This document shows positions 1-10,900 of a stretch of DNA of 64,000 nucleotides, one piece after another (the stretch's first letter is position 1; every line of letters begins with the position of its first letter). The notes beneath the pieces were generated by a model that was not told the DNA's origin, ran no database searches, and worked only from the letters and a program-made list of their open reading frames with translations. This DNA comes from a virus: IMG/VR virus record IMGVR_UViG_3300045988_106833, positions 12,326-76,325 of that record; one strand, written 5' to 3'. The translations under genes and the position numbers were made by a program.

Positions 1-1
1 C

Positions 2-247
2 CCGGAAGCCCCGTCCCAGGAGGGACAGTCCGAGGAAGAGAGATTCCGTACATGGACTGAAACGTATGGTAAGGACATCGTAAATCATTTACTGACGTTA
101 GACGGGAAAAAGGATGGTGATGACAGTGATTACAGCATGATGTATAAACAGCATGAAAAAGAAAGCGAAGAGGATAAGAAAATGGCTTTGATTAATGCCG
201 TGCTTCCCAATATACAACTTCGCATTAAAGGCGTCACTGATAATTAG
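2..247 (+). CDS. 3' end of a gene that begins outside the window (81 codons, no in-window start)
   Basis: Uninterrupted frame from nt 2 to TAG at 245-247. GC-richer than the flanking non-coding DNA. Absent from the ORF track only because it has no start codon in the window. Confidence 0.35.
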   Translation, partial: PEAPSQEGQSEEERFRTWTETYGKDIVNHLLTLDGKKDGDDSDYSMMYKQHEKESEEDKKMALINAVLPNIQLRIKGVTDN

Positions 248-282
248 AACAATATTATTTTATTTCTCATATTAATAAAGCG

Positions 283-352
283 AAGCCGGATTTGAGACTC
301 GTTATGCGGATACCGAAGGTTGAAGAACGATATCAAGATAATCCGGCTTTTT
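283..352 (+). promoter_or_regulatory. long-loop inverted repeat (10-bp stem aagccggatt / aatccggctt) followed by T5; terminator-like or structured RNA element
   Basis: Perfect 10-bp inverted repeat at 283-292 and 340-349, with a T-run at 348-352 immediately 3' of it. Confidence 0.35.
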
Positions 353-519
353 GTGCGATTTCGTGAAGGATGGAACTATCATCGCCTTGGTTTAACAGAA
401 CAGACCTACGTACCTCCACTGTCCTGACGGGCATGGGAGCCCGTCTCGCCTACCAGCCTGCCTAATTCTCCACTGGCTACCTAATATAACTATTAACGTC
501 ACTCCATCACCTATCTCCT

Positions 520-546
520 TTCAGTCGATAGGTTCAGTCGTTTTTT
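520..546. repeat. two direct copies of TTCAGTCG (520-527, 533-540) followed by T6
   Basis: Read directly from the sequence. Related copies (TCAGTCG, TTCAGAGTCG) recur at 846-868. Confidence 0.4.
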
Positions 547-567
547 AAATGTTATATGTTCTTTCGC

Positions 568-588
568 ATCGTTCCCTTCGGTCACGAT
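568..588 (+). promoter_or_regulatory. hairpin A: stem atcgt/acgat around the 11-nt loop TCCCTTCGGTC
   Basis: 5-bp stem read directly. The loop is identical to that of hairpin B at 660-684 although the stems differ. Confidence 0.45.
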
Positions 589-659
589 ACTCAATCCTTT
601 AACACAATTAGGCAAACAATACAATAGACGGAAAAAGTAATTTGTTAATCTGTTCACTC

Positions 660-684
660 ACTTAACTCCCTTCGGTCGTTAAGT
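660..684 (+). promoter_or_regulatory. hairpin B: stem acttaac/gttaagt around the same 11-nt loop TCCCTTCGGTC
   Basis: 7-bp stem read directly. The loop matches hairpin A exactly, 92 nt upstream. Confidence 0.45.
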
Positions 685-838
685 TCATTCACTGTAAACA
701 ATTATATGAATAAATGGTAAAGTATATAAAATAATATAAATAATATAATGAGTAAGATCATTGAAAATGGTCTTAATATTAAGGAAAACGGAGACTATTC
801 ATAGGCGTAGTTTTAATTCAAGATTTGTTGTCCCACCA

Positions 839-868
839 CTGACGGTCAGTCGGTTACGTTCAGAGTCG
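839..868. repeat. palindrome ctgacGgtcag (839-849) overlapping further TCAGTCG-type repeats, followed by a T-run
   Basis: Read directly from the sequence. Confidence 0.35.
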
Positions 869-907
869 TTTTCCTGTCTCTTATCCAAACCGTCATAAAA
901 TAAAAAA

Positions 908-960
908 CCTTGTATCCTATTTCTCTCAAACCGGATACAAGGCAGTGCATTTTCTTCTTT
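908..960 (+). terminator. 10-bp stem hairpin (ccttgtatcc / ggatacaagg, 15-nt loop) followed by a T-rich tract
   Basis: Perfect inverted repeat at 908-917 and 933-942, followed by cagtgcattttcttcttttt. Confidence 0.4.
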
Positions 961-973
961 TTATATAAAATCA

Positions 974-981
974 TATATTTG
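974..981 (+). promoter_or_regulatory. Bacteroidota-type -7 promoter motif TAtaTTTG, 20 nt upstream of the ATG at 1002
   Basis: Matches the TAnnTTTG consensus of Bacteroides primary-sigma promoters (established). The position relative to the start codon is consistent. Confidence 0.4.
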
Positions 982-1001
982 CACTAAAAAACAAAAACAA
1001 T

Positions 1002-2021
1002 ATGGAGACAAAAATAATTGAAATAATGAATCCTCACAAGTTACACGACAAGCTCTTCAAGAAAGAGCAGGTCTCTCCGATAGAAGTTATATACAATAGC
1101 TTCAGCAACTTAGGGTACAATGTAGTACGCCGTCCAGCCGGTCAGTGTTTAGGCAATTTGAAATATTTTAATCTATTTTATGACAAACATACTCATCATT
1201 TCTATCAGAAAAACAGGAAGTTGAGATATTGTAGTAATTTTCTCATATCTGATTACTGGAAAGATAGAGTGCGATGTTTCATAGTTTGGAACTTTGGATT
1301 TGGAAGATTCTTTCCGTACAATGACTTTATTGAGGCTATGGTTTATGATTATCTTCGATATGGGAGAAAGTCAGTTCCTTATCTTAAAAGCGTGCAAGAG
1401 GCTGAAGAAAAGTGTGTAAGGTTCTATATCCGGTCTCAGATAGATATGCTTCGTAAGGAAGGATATGCCGCTTATCGGGCTAAGTTCAAGGAAGAACGTC
1501 CTCAGTATTTCATCGGAGACGATAGGACGGTGTTTAGATGCCTTGACAGCTCTTTAAAAAGAGAAGAGAAGATTGCTGCATGCGTAGCCCACAAAAGGGC
1601 CTTAAAAGAAGGGATAATGACTTCCTTCATTAATCACCTTAAGAAACATCCTACCACTTTATATTCGTGGTTTTCATCAGAGGTAGATAGCGAAGGAAAG
1701 AATAGGCTCTGTCTATCTGAAAAGGCTGTTTCGTATTTGAATAAGAGACTGGTTCGCAATGGGTTAAAGTCTCTTTCTGCATCATATCTTTTTAGAACGT
1801 TTAGAAAAATGGTGAAGATCTTGTTCGGTTCCAATGTCAGGTCGTTTTTGAATAGCTGTCTGATGTCTGTTTCAACAGAAGAGGTTTTAACCAAATCTAT
1901 GAAGAAAATAGTTTCCAAGACAGTGCTGTTTTTGTACAAGAGAGCGCTTAAGAACTATCGCCGGGCATGCGGTCTTAAGTACGACCCTGATTCGGGCGGT
2001 TTGTCTGCCGTACATGATTGA
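1002..2021 (+). CDS. hypothetical protein, 339 aa, with its own promoter
   Basis: Long ORF with a promoter motif upstream and a terminator-like hairpin before that. No confident domain identified. Confidence 0.6.
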   Translation: METKIIEIMNPHKLHDKLFKKEQVSPIEVIYNSFSNLGYNVVRRPAGQCLGNLKYFNLFYDKHTHHFYQKNRKLRYCSNFLISDYWKDRVRCFIVWNFGFGRFFPYNDFIEAMVYDYLRYGRKSVPYLKSVQEAEEKCVRFYIRSQIDMLRKEGYAAYRAKFKEERPQYFIGDDRTVFRCLDSSLKREEKIAACVAHKRALKEGIMTSFINHLKKHPTTLYSWFSSEVDSEGKNRLCLSEKAVSYLNKRLVRNGLKSLSASYLFRTFRKMVKILFGSNVRSFLNSCLMSVSTEEVLTKSMKKIVSKTVLFLYKRALKNYRRACGLKYDPDSGGLSAVHD

Positions 2022-2067
2022 TTTTTAAACGTATCCCATAACGTTGGATTTTCTCGTTCGTTTCTCT

Positions 2068-2075
2068 TATCTTTG
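2068..2075 (+). promoter_or_regulatory. -7 promoter motif TAtcTTTG
   Basis: TAnnTTTG match. It overlaps the GTG start used by the ORF track at 2075, which makes that start implausible. Confidence 0.4.
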
Positions 2076-2089
2076 TGAAAAAAGATAGT

Positions 2090-4933
2090 ATGAGATTACG
2101 AATCATAAAAAATCGTCCGATATTCGCTCCTGGCGGTAGTGTTCAGGATAAGAGACAGGATATTAATGTATCCTCTACTCAGCCTATTCTTGATTATGGA
2201 ACGCCTGTTAATAAATGGGGTGAATCTGATATTCAGAATATATATATGCCTTCTGATGTGACTTTAGAAACAGAGGAGGGGGAGATAAATCCATTTAGTA
2301 GTATGCCTACATCCGATCCGTTTTTTGAGAATCATGATGCAGGATATGCAGGATATCTCGCTGATAATAGGGGCATGGTTAAAAACGTAGAGAAATCAGT
2401 CGTTAATAATGCAATGAATGTAGGTAGTGTTGATGCTGATTCCTATAAAGAAAAACGTTCCCAAGATGGTAATCCTCTTGATCCTATGACTATGCCATAT
2501 TATTCGCCTGATCTAACCGGCAGAGCTCAAATGTTCGGTACAAGTCTTGGTCGGATAAGAGCCGGTAATAAGGTCGGTGCTAATGTGGCTCAAGCTGCCT
2601 TGTCCGGTGTTAGTTTAGGATTAGGTCTTACTCGTAATATCATGGGAGCTTCATCTGCTGCGTATGCAGCCAGCAGAGACGAGCAGGCTGCAAGGGAAAA
2701 ACTTGCCAAGGAGCGTCGTCAGCAATTCATCAAGTGGGAACGTGAAGGTGGTGGCGTGAATTTAGGTAACGGTCAGAAGATGGATACGTCCGATATGACT
2801 GGAGAATACATTTATCCTCTTCCTAAATCTATGGAGGATAATGCTAACGTAGAGATAGAGAAAGGCGAGTATGTGCTGACTCCTGACTCCGTAGGACCTA
2901 TGGAAGCCAAAGGGAACAGACATGAAGATGGTGGCACTCCCGTTGATTTGCCTGAAGCTCATATTATTTCAGATTACCGTACTATCGATGATGATTTTGC
3001 TTCTTATATTAGAGAAAATTATGGTATTAAGGCAACGTCTAAAGACACATATGCTACACTCCTTGATCGATATAAGAAGAAGATCGGTTTGGCTGACAAG
3101 TACGAAGATCAGGAGCGTGTATATAAGAGATTAGAGAAAAATGAAGATGTAAAAGATAAAAACACATCCAATCTCAATGCATCTATTCTTTCTAAGTACG
3201 TTAATGAAAATCAGAAGGAGATAGACGATCTCGAAACACAATTCCGTTCTTTTGCCGAAATCGTTTATGGCAAACAGGAAGAATCTAAGCGTAACGAGAA
3301 GATGGATGCTTTCTTCAGGGATGGCGGGGTTGTTGATCTGAATCAGGTAAAGAAACAAGCCAAGGCTTTTAATATTGCAGAATCAGATGCCAAGAACTGG
3401 ATATATGACGAGTATGTTAAGCAAACCAGAAAAATGGCTGAAGGTGGACCTACTCAGAAGGAGCTGGAGGAACTTAGAAAGAATGCTATCGGCTACAGTA
3501 ATCTTATCAATCAGTTATTTGGACGAACTCTTAATATGACTGTATCTGATGTTAGCGGTCGTGAGCAGATTCTTAATCCTGATTCCAGTGTAAATGCCAA
3601 TCAGAATCTACAACATAGAAGTAATTTAGGATACGGCAGGGTAAATAATAAGGCGGTATCTAATTTGCTCGACGTAAACCGATGGGCTAACAAGTACAAT
3701 ACGGATGGTGATTTTGATACAGAAGGTTTCCAGAAAGGATACAACAGGCAATTAAATGCATTGTGGGCGTTAGCTGATGTAGGTGCTATCACGAATGCTG
3801 ATGCAGCCAAGAAATTCAGAGATGAGTACGGATTCTGGGGCCAGGATGCCGGAAGCTACGGAGGTAATCAGGCTTATAATTCATTTGCCGTAGATGATAA
3901 GTTTGGTCAGACAACAGCCACCCGTTCTTATTATGGATTGGACGTTGTTTCGGCAGAGCAAAAAAGATTGTTAAACGAAAAAGGAATTAAGAATTATGTT
4001 GACTTATTTGGTGATAAATCTGATGCCGCTAAGAAGATTCTGGGCTCCGATTATAATAAGTTTGTTGCTTTAAAAGATAGCGGGTTAATGCCGGAAATGG
4101 ACTTCGTTCTTGAGTCTGTTAAACCAGAAATGAAGCCTATTGAGGCCGGTCCCATAGCACCAGACCTTACACCGCCTAAGATTGGATCTCCTGGAAGGAT
4201 AGAGGTAAAACCGAAAGCAAGTACGCCTGCGACTGCAACCGACACCGATACAGAGGAGGTGGTTGAAGACAACGGACCTAAAGGACAGGGCAGACCGGCG
4301 GCGTTCGGTCCTATCTTCCCGGAAATGCTGAGAACCCTTGACACTGGCTTGGAAATAGAAGGTCTAGAGAGGCATCAAGCACCACGTATAGACCCGGTTC
4401 TCCAATCTGCTGATCAGTATATCAACGAGCTCAACCGCGCGACATCGGCTCAGTTAGACGCAGTAGGTGACGTGCCCGACTCCCAGCGAGCTGCTATTCT
4501 GGCTAATATGAACGCCATAGCTGGAAGCAATATAGCTAAGTACGTTAATGAAGTAAATTTCAGTAACGCAAGGCAAATAAACGAAGCTGACAGGTTCAAT
4601 GAAATGGCTTATGTTCAGACAGATGATAAGAACATAGCAGAAAGGCAACGTTATGAATCTGGGTTGTTGAAAGCTATGGCTATAAGGGATGAAAATCTTG
4701 CTCGTTATTATGACAGCATAAACAGCGAGATACAGAATAAGTTCAATGTTCGTACATCGTTGAATACCATAGCCTCTATAGCTCCAAATATGAGAATGCT
4801 TCCAAGTGGTCAAATTATTTACGTTCAAGGTAATCAGGATGTGATGAATATGGGTGATTATTCTACACCTTATTTGAAGAGCTTGGAGGATGATGAAGAA
4901 GATAAATATAAAAAGAGAAGGAGAAATAGCTGA
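2090..4933 (+). CDS. giant protein 1 (947 aa from the ATG at 2090), unknown function, possibly virion-associated
   Basis: ORF-track frame. The start was moved to the first ATG downstream of the promoter motif. Central coiled-coil-like segment. Its stop overlaps the next start (ATGA at 4931-4935). Confidence 0.65.
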   Translation: MRLRIIKNRPIFAPGGSVQDKRQDINVSSTQPILDYGTPVNKWGESDIQNIYMPSDVTLETEEGEINPFSSMPTSDPFFENHDAGYAGYLADNRGMVKNVEKSVVNNAMNVGSVDADSYKEKRSQDGNPLDPMTMPYYSPDLTGRAQMFGTSLGRIRAGNKVGANVAQAALSGVSLGLGLTRNIMGASSAAYAASRDEQAAREKLAKERRQQFIKWEREGGGVNLGNGQKMDTSDMTGEYIYPLPKSMEDNANVEIEKGEYVLTPDSVGPMEAKGNRHEDGGTPVDLPEAHIISDYRTIDDDFASYIRENYGIKATSKDTYATLLDRYKKKIGLADKYEDQERVYKRLEKNEDVKDKNTSNLNASILSKYVNENQKEIDDLETQFRSFAEIVYGKQEESKRNEKMDAFFRDGGVVDLNQVKKQAKAFNIAESDAKNWIYDEYVKQTRKMAEGGPTQKELEELRKNAIGYSNLINQLFGRTLNMTVSDVSGREQILNPDSSVNANQNLQHRSNLGYGRVNNKAVSNLLDVNRWANKYNTDGDFDTEGFQKGYNRQLNALWALADVGAITNADAAKKFRDEYGFWGQDAGSYGGNQAYNSFAVDDKFGQTTATRSYYGLDVVSAEQKRLLNEKGIKNYVDLFGDKSDAAKKILGSDYNKFVALKDSGLMPEMDFVLESVKPEMKPIEAGPIAPDLTPPKIGSPGRIEVKPKASTPATATDTDTEEVVEDNGPKGQGRPAAFGPIFPEMLRTLDTGLEIEGLERHQAPRIDPVLQSADQYINELNRATSAQLDAVGDVPDSQRAAILANMNAIAGSNIAKYVNEVNFSNARQINEADRFNEMAYVQTDDKNIAERQRYESGLLKAMAIRDENLARYYDSINSEIQNKFNVRTSLNTIASIAPNMRMLPSGQIIYVQGNQDVMNMGDYSTPYLKSLEDDEEDKYKKRRRNS

Positions 4934-7900
4934 TGGCTTCACAATATAGTATTTTAAGGCAATATGCCCCGTATGTTAGTCCTTACAACATAGATCTTGT
5001 TAAGGATGTCATGATGTACAAACAGCAGAAGGTTGATGCTGCTCGTGAAAAGATCTATACCCAGGTAGATTATCTTATGGGTCAAGAGATAGATAAGCCT
5101 GAAGCCCGTGCTTATATGGAAGATAAGATGTCAGGTGTGATTGCTAACATCAATCAAAAATTTAAAGGCGTGGATCTTTCTTCTGATGGTGTTACGAGAG
5201 CCATACAAGGAGAGATTAGTTCGGTGTTGGATGATACGGTCATTAACGCGATTGCCGGCACAAAAGAAGGCAAGAGGGTCATGAAGGAAATAGAATCTAT
5301 AAAACAGAATCATCCTGAACTTTATTCTCCTATTAATGAATGGCATGCTTTGGATCCTTATTACAAATGGAGGTCAGATGGTAAAGCAGGATCAAGGTTA
5401 GGGGGTCTTCATTATTCTCCTTATGTAGATTACACTAAGGAGATAAATAAGCTGGTTAGTGACTTTAGGAAAAATAACGAAGGCAAGAAGATTCAGACAA
5501 CAGAATATGATGTTAAAGGTAATCCTACTGGTGGTATTATAGAAGTTAATGTAGATGAACTTACAGATTCCCAGATAAGGAATTTTGTGTCTGCTAACTT
5601 ATCTGAAAACATGAGGAATCAGATGAGAATAGAAGCATCGTACATGGCAGCCACCAATCCGGTGTTCAGTAATCCGGATTTGGTTAGTCAATACATTGGG
5701 TCTTATGTCGAAAGATACGATAGACACATAGGAGCATTGGAAGCGAAAAAGAAATCAGTAGGTGATAATAAGAGTATTATTGATCGTATTGACAGTCAGA
5801 TACAGGAAGCTAAAAATCAGAAAGCAGAAGCCAAGAGGGAGGCAGATATGATAATAGCTTCGTCTGATCCGGTAGCGGCTGCTAATTTTGTTGTTACCAA
5901 TAATCTTTTCGATAAGATGACTGATGCATGGAGATACGACAATACAAGTTTTGAAAGGAAGAAAGATGATCTTTATTTTGCGAGGTTAGAAGAGGATAGG
6001 GCTCAGCAAAAGTTTTTGACTGACAATGCTAAGTCTATGGTTGAAATATCATTGGCAAAAGAGAAACTTGCTCAGGCTAAGATTGAAACCGAGTACATGC
6101 GCACTTACGGCTCCAAGATGGGAACTGAAAGCTCATCCGCAGGCGGCATGAGAGTGCCGATGGCTCCTATGGACGGGCCTACGGCCATTAACTCTGGCAC
6201 AGGTAAGACAGGATCTGTTAATTTGGCCAATATTCCTTACGAGTTACTTAAATCTCATTCTATAGATCGTAAAGCCAATTTATTGAAATTATATAACTCG
6301 TTATCTCCTACAGATAGAAGCAATATCGTTGCAGCATCATACGAAGAAGAAAAAACTGATCCAGGATTGTATGCTAATATGACTCCTGAAGAGCGGATAT
6401 ATTCTTATTTGAAAAACAATGGAGGTCAGAAAAACGGATATTTCGGACAAGGAAATAACAGATTGTCTGAAGCTTATGATGCTTTACTTCTTTCTGATTC
6501 TAAGGCAAATGGAGCCACAAAGGCTATAAATAACATAACTAATTATCAAATCGATAATATAGTTACTGAAAAAAATAAGGATATTATCAGGAAGGTTCGT
6601 AATGCTAAGTTTATGAAAGGAAATTCTTTTATAAATCTTACCGATACAGATGATAAGGCTGGAGCTTTCCTACTCGCCACGGCCATAACAACTGGCGTAT
6701 CTGATGCCGTAGGGTTTAGAGAGTACATGATGGATCCTTCAAGAGGAATAGATATTCTTAGTGCTATATCTCCGTCATTAGGAGCTAAGGCGAGTGCCGG
6801 TAAGTTGGGGAAAAACATATCTGATGCTATTACAGGCGAGGATAATGGTTCTTCTACTGGCACGTTGGCTCTTATTAATGGAATGAAGAAACTCAATGGT
6901 GATCCCGATTTTAATATATCCGATTATATGACTATAGATAAGGATGGTGATATAGATCTAAAAGATTATCAGGAAGGGGAGCCTTTGACTATTACTCAGT
7001 TAAGATATGCTGAGAAAAACAGTAGGGTGTCTGATATGATAGCAGGTCAGATGCAGGATGAGATAAAAATGTCTGTATCTCCCGATCAGATTTCTGATAA
7101 GTTATCTCAGTATCATTACCTTGATTCTTACAAAAGATACAATTGGAATGCCGATTCACCGGAAAAGTCTTTGCAGAAGGCTCAGTTTAGAAGATTGTCT
7201 GGTTACATGGCAGGAAAGGTAAATAATCTGGATCCTACTGCTATTAATGCCATTAATATGGATGCCGAGATAGATAATGGCACTGTTAGAAGATTCTTGA
7301 CTGCTCAAGTAGGTTCCGGTAAAAATTCTTATGTTACAGAAAGGGTAGAGATCACAAATGATGAGCTTCTTAAGGCAGGTATAGATCCTTCGGTTGAGGA
7401 GCGCAATTATCCGGTGGATGGTTACAAATCAAGTTTTGGAACCTGTGATTTTGTAGATACCGGAAAGAAGGAAGGCTATTCTTATGATAAGTATCTCATA
7501 CGTAATGGTCTTCCCCGTTTGGCTTCTAAGGCTGATGTTAAGAATGATCTTTATGATATAGTAAAGGTGCATGGTTCTTATCTTAAGCCTGAGGAAATGA
7601 ATGTTGTTAAAACCCTTGTTGATAATTTCATTGATATGTCTGACAACATATCAGTTCAGTTGGAAGGAATGGATGACAGGGGTTCGAGAGAGGTAGCGGT
7701 CAATTTCTATGATAAAAGGACTAAAAATTCTAAAAATCCTGCATTGTTGTTCTCGGATTTTGTTCCTTTGGATCCGGGTAATGATGAGTATGCGGATTAC
7801 TGGAATAACATTCACCAGAAGTGTCCTCAGTACTTCTTTGTAAAATACGTGAAGGAGGCTGTTCAAGAGCGTCTTGATCAGATGAGAGATCCGTATATGA

Positions 7901-7977
7901 GAGGAATAAATATCATGCCTAACATGAATGACAAGTTTAGTAAGTTGAACGATTTTTTGCAAAAAATTTATGGCTGA
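4933..7977 (+). CDS. giant protein 2 (1014 aa), unknown function
   Basis: Long ORF, translationally coupled to both neighbours. Confidence 0.7.
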   Translation: MASQYSILRQYAPYVSPYNIDLVKDVMMYKQQKVDAAREKIYTQVDYLMGQEIDKPEARAYMEDKMSGVIANINQKFKGVDLSSDGVTRAIQGEISSVLDDTVINAIAGTKEGKRVMKEIESIKQNHPELYSPINEWHALDPYYKWRSDGKAGSRLGGLHYSPYVDYTKEINKLVSDFRKNNEGKKIQTTEYDVKGNPTGGIIEVNVDELTDSQIRNFVSANLSENMRNQMRIEASYMAATNPVFSNPDLVSQYIGSYVERYDRHIGALEAKKKSVGDNKSIIDRIDSQIQEAKNQKAEAKREADMIIASSDPVAAANFVVTNNLFDKMTDAWRYDNTSFERKKDDLYFARLEEDRAQQKFLTDNAKSMVEISLAKEKLAQAKIETEYMRTYGSKMGTESSSAGGMRVPMAPMDGPTAINSGTGKTGSVNLANIPYELLKSHSIDRKANLLKLYNSLSPTDRSNIVAASYEEEKTDPGLYANMTPEERIYSYLKNNGGQKNGYFGQGNNRLSEAYDALLLSDSKANGATKAINNITNYQIDNIVTEKNKDIIRKVRNAKFMKGNSFINLTDTDDKAGAFLLATAITTGVSDAVGFREYMMDPSRGIDILSAISPSLGAKASAGKLGKNISDAITGEDNGSSTGTLALINGMKKLNGDPDFNISDYMTIDKDGDIDLKDYQEGEPLTITQLRYAEKNSRVSDMIAGQMQDEIKMSVSPDQISDKLSQYHYLDSYKRYNWNADSPEKSLQKAQFRRLSGYMAGKVNNLDPTAINAINMDAEIDNGTVRRFLTAQVGSGKNSYVTERVEITNDELLKAGIDPSVEERNYPVDGYKSSFGTCDFVDTGKKEGYSYDKYLIRNGLPRLASKADVKNDLYDIVKVHGSYLKPEEMNVVKTLVDNFIDMSDNISVQLEGMDDRGSREVAVNFYDKRTKNSKNPALLFSDFVPLDPGNDEYADYWNNIHQKCPQYFFVKYVKEAVQERLDQMRDPYMRGINIMPNMNDKFSKLNDFLQKIYG

Positions 7978-10900
7978 TAATAACATAGATAGATATAATC
8001 CTGCTGCTAAAACCACTTACGAAGATGTGGCAAGGCAAAGGAAATTAGCTGAAGAAGAAAATTACACTCCGGCTACATTACCAGAGACGACAACGCCTCT
8101 GGTTCCTAATTATATGCCTGGTGAAGGTGTGTATGCCCAACCTAAATTTCCAGATTATGCATCAAGGATAGCTGCTGCCGAATACGAAGAGCCGTATATA
8201 GCCAAGGAGATAAGCAACAGTTACTCGGAGGCACTGGCCCGTAACAGCTACAGGGGGGCTACACCTGCCCCGCCGCCTCTTAATCCCTATGGACCGAAGG
8301 TAAGTATCCGTGAAAGTCATCAGATGGGTAATGATGGGGTATGGCGTACAAAATATCCCAACTATATTCCGGGTATAAATAATGAGGATTATTATGCCAG
8401 GAGACAGAGCGGGTGGAGTAAGTTTTGGAATGGTGTAGGTAAATTCGCTTTAAAGTCTGCATTGTACGGTGCGCAAGGAGTTGTGTCATTGCCTGACAAA
8501 CTTATCAATATGGCATCGGAGGGAAGTTACAAAGCTGCGTTAAACACTAACATGGATAAGTTTGTAGGTGATCTTGACCAGCAAATAGACATGCTTCTTC
8601 CCCATTATTACAAGAAAGAGGTAGAAGATTATAATTTCGGTCAGAAGCTTTTTAAGGATACCGGTAATTTCTTATGGAATGATGTCCTTGGTAACGGTAT
8701 GTCTTTTACCGTAGGAGCCATGATATCAGCGTACATGACCGGAGGACTTGGAGTTGGATCATTGGGCAATATAGGTGCTAAATTAGGTGGAAGAATCGGA
8801 GCTAAGTTGGCAGCAAGGCAAGCTGCCAATAGGGGCATAGGAAGCCTTAAAAGCGTGTTTAACGACTATGTAAGAAAAGGAGTTGCCACCGGAAGAAATG
8901 TAGGGGAGGCGGCTAAGACCATGACGTTGTTGGCTACCAGTGCCGGATTCGAGTCATCGGTTGAAGCAAATTCTTTTATGAAGCAATCCGAGTCTGATTT
9001 CAAGGATTATTATCGTAAGATTTATGGTCGTGATCCCAATGCAGAGGAAATGGCTGTTTTTCGTAATTCTAATGCTGATGTAGGTAGTGCTATATTTGCC
9101 GCCAATATGGGTATAGTAGGATTATCCAACTGGCTTCTTTTTGGTAAGTATATAGGGTTAGGAGGCAAGGCTATACCTGGGTTGGAAAAGAAGCTCAACA
9201 AGCATTTATTTGGATTAGGGACGGAGGTTGCGAAGCCGGGAGAGATGGCTATTAAAATAACTAATCCCAATATAGGGCAGAAGATAGCTGGTAATGTTTT
9301 CAATATCATGAAAAGACCGGTATCTGAAGGTCTGTGGGAAGAAGGGTCTCAAGGTGCTGTACAGAATACGGCTGAAGAATATGTTAAGTCAAGATATGAC
9401 AATGTGGCTATGAACGGAGCCGTCGATGTTCTTGATGCTATTTCTGAAGGATTTAAAAAGCAATATACGTCTAAAGAAGGATGGACTGAAATAGGAATCG
9501 GTGCTATTATCGGTTCTTTGTTCGGTATGAGGGAAGGCTTCTTTGGGGTTAAAGAGTATAGTAATAGTCAGATCTTGCTGGAAAGGCAAGTAAATGAATA
9601 TAACAAAGCATCTTCTAATCTTAATACGGCGGCTTTGAATACGTTGAAAAAGTCAATGAGTTTAGGGCCTCAAGTTCGTTCCGATGCTCAGTCTATGACC
9701 GGTAAGGAGCTTGATGATGCTATGTTTGAAAAGATGTCGATTGACAACCAAATGGGAACCTTAGAGGATTCGGCTGAAAATTTCAGGCAGATGGTTGATA
9801 TGATGCCTATTTCGGAAATAGCCGAAGCCAACGGAATGTCTTTGGAAGAGGCAAAGAAATACAAGGATTCTATTATTGATAATTATAATAATCGTCTTTC
9901 TGATTTCAGATCTGCTCAGGGTTTTGCCGAAGATCTTATAGGTGATGACTCTAAGATCGAATTTAGAAAATACGTGGCTCGTAATGCTTTTCTTGGTCTT
10001 CAATCGGAATCAAGAATGAAAGACATAGCTTCTGTCATAGAAACGCTTTCGGGTCAGCCTCGCGTGGCGGATGCACTAAGTACGTTCTCCCGGCTGTCGG
10101 ACAGGGCAAGGGAGCGGGCGATGGCTATCCGTGGCATACGGTCAAGGATAGAAGAGCTTGAATCCGAAATAGAAGATCTTGCTACTCGTCCTCGTAACGT
10201 AGATGGAAAAGACCCACAAGCTGAATCCATACAACGAAAAACCAAAGAATTGGAAGATCTTAGAACCAATTATAACAATTCGTTGTCTGAGTTATCAACG
10301 TTAATAGGAAAAGAGTTTTCGATAGAAGAGTTGGTAAGTAAAACCGAATCTGTTTTATCATCGCCTCTTTCTCCCATAAGTTCACAAGATGTGATAGAAG
10401 CCTATGATACGCTTGTGGCTTTTGATGATTATTTTAATGTAAAATCAAGACAGGAGAAGAAGTTTACAGCCAAAGACAAAGCCATGAGATCCTTGGTAAA
10501 TGAATACCGAAGGAGTTTGATGGACTATAGAAATATGAATAACTTCTTGTCTAAGATGCTTGATAAAAGATTCTTAGCTGAAGAAAACAGGGGATTTTCA
10601 AAAGCGCTGTCTTCTCTATGGTCTACTCCTTATAAGGGGGATGACAAGGTTCCTGATTTTGCAGAGCCTAATAAAGTTGGTGAATATGATACTGATGAGG
10701 TAGTAGATCAAGCTGTGTCAGAAGGTAAGATTTCGGAAGACGAAGCTTGGACTATCAAGGCTTTTATGCATGCTCTTGATAAAGTAAGGGAAGATAGGAT
10801 GAAGGAAGCAGAAGATGATATAAAAGAGTCACCGCTTACGGAGTCTGTATCGGATGAAGATTATGAGGCTGCTATGGATAATCCTATTATGGTTCCGGCC

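Noticed and set aside
1002-2021. Rolling-circle Rep (HUH) endonuclease call for the 339-aa first gene, based on the segment HTHHFY.
   Set aside because: The HUH-like segment is short. No convincing motif I or motif III (YxxK) arrangement could be aligned by eye.
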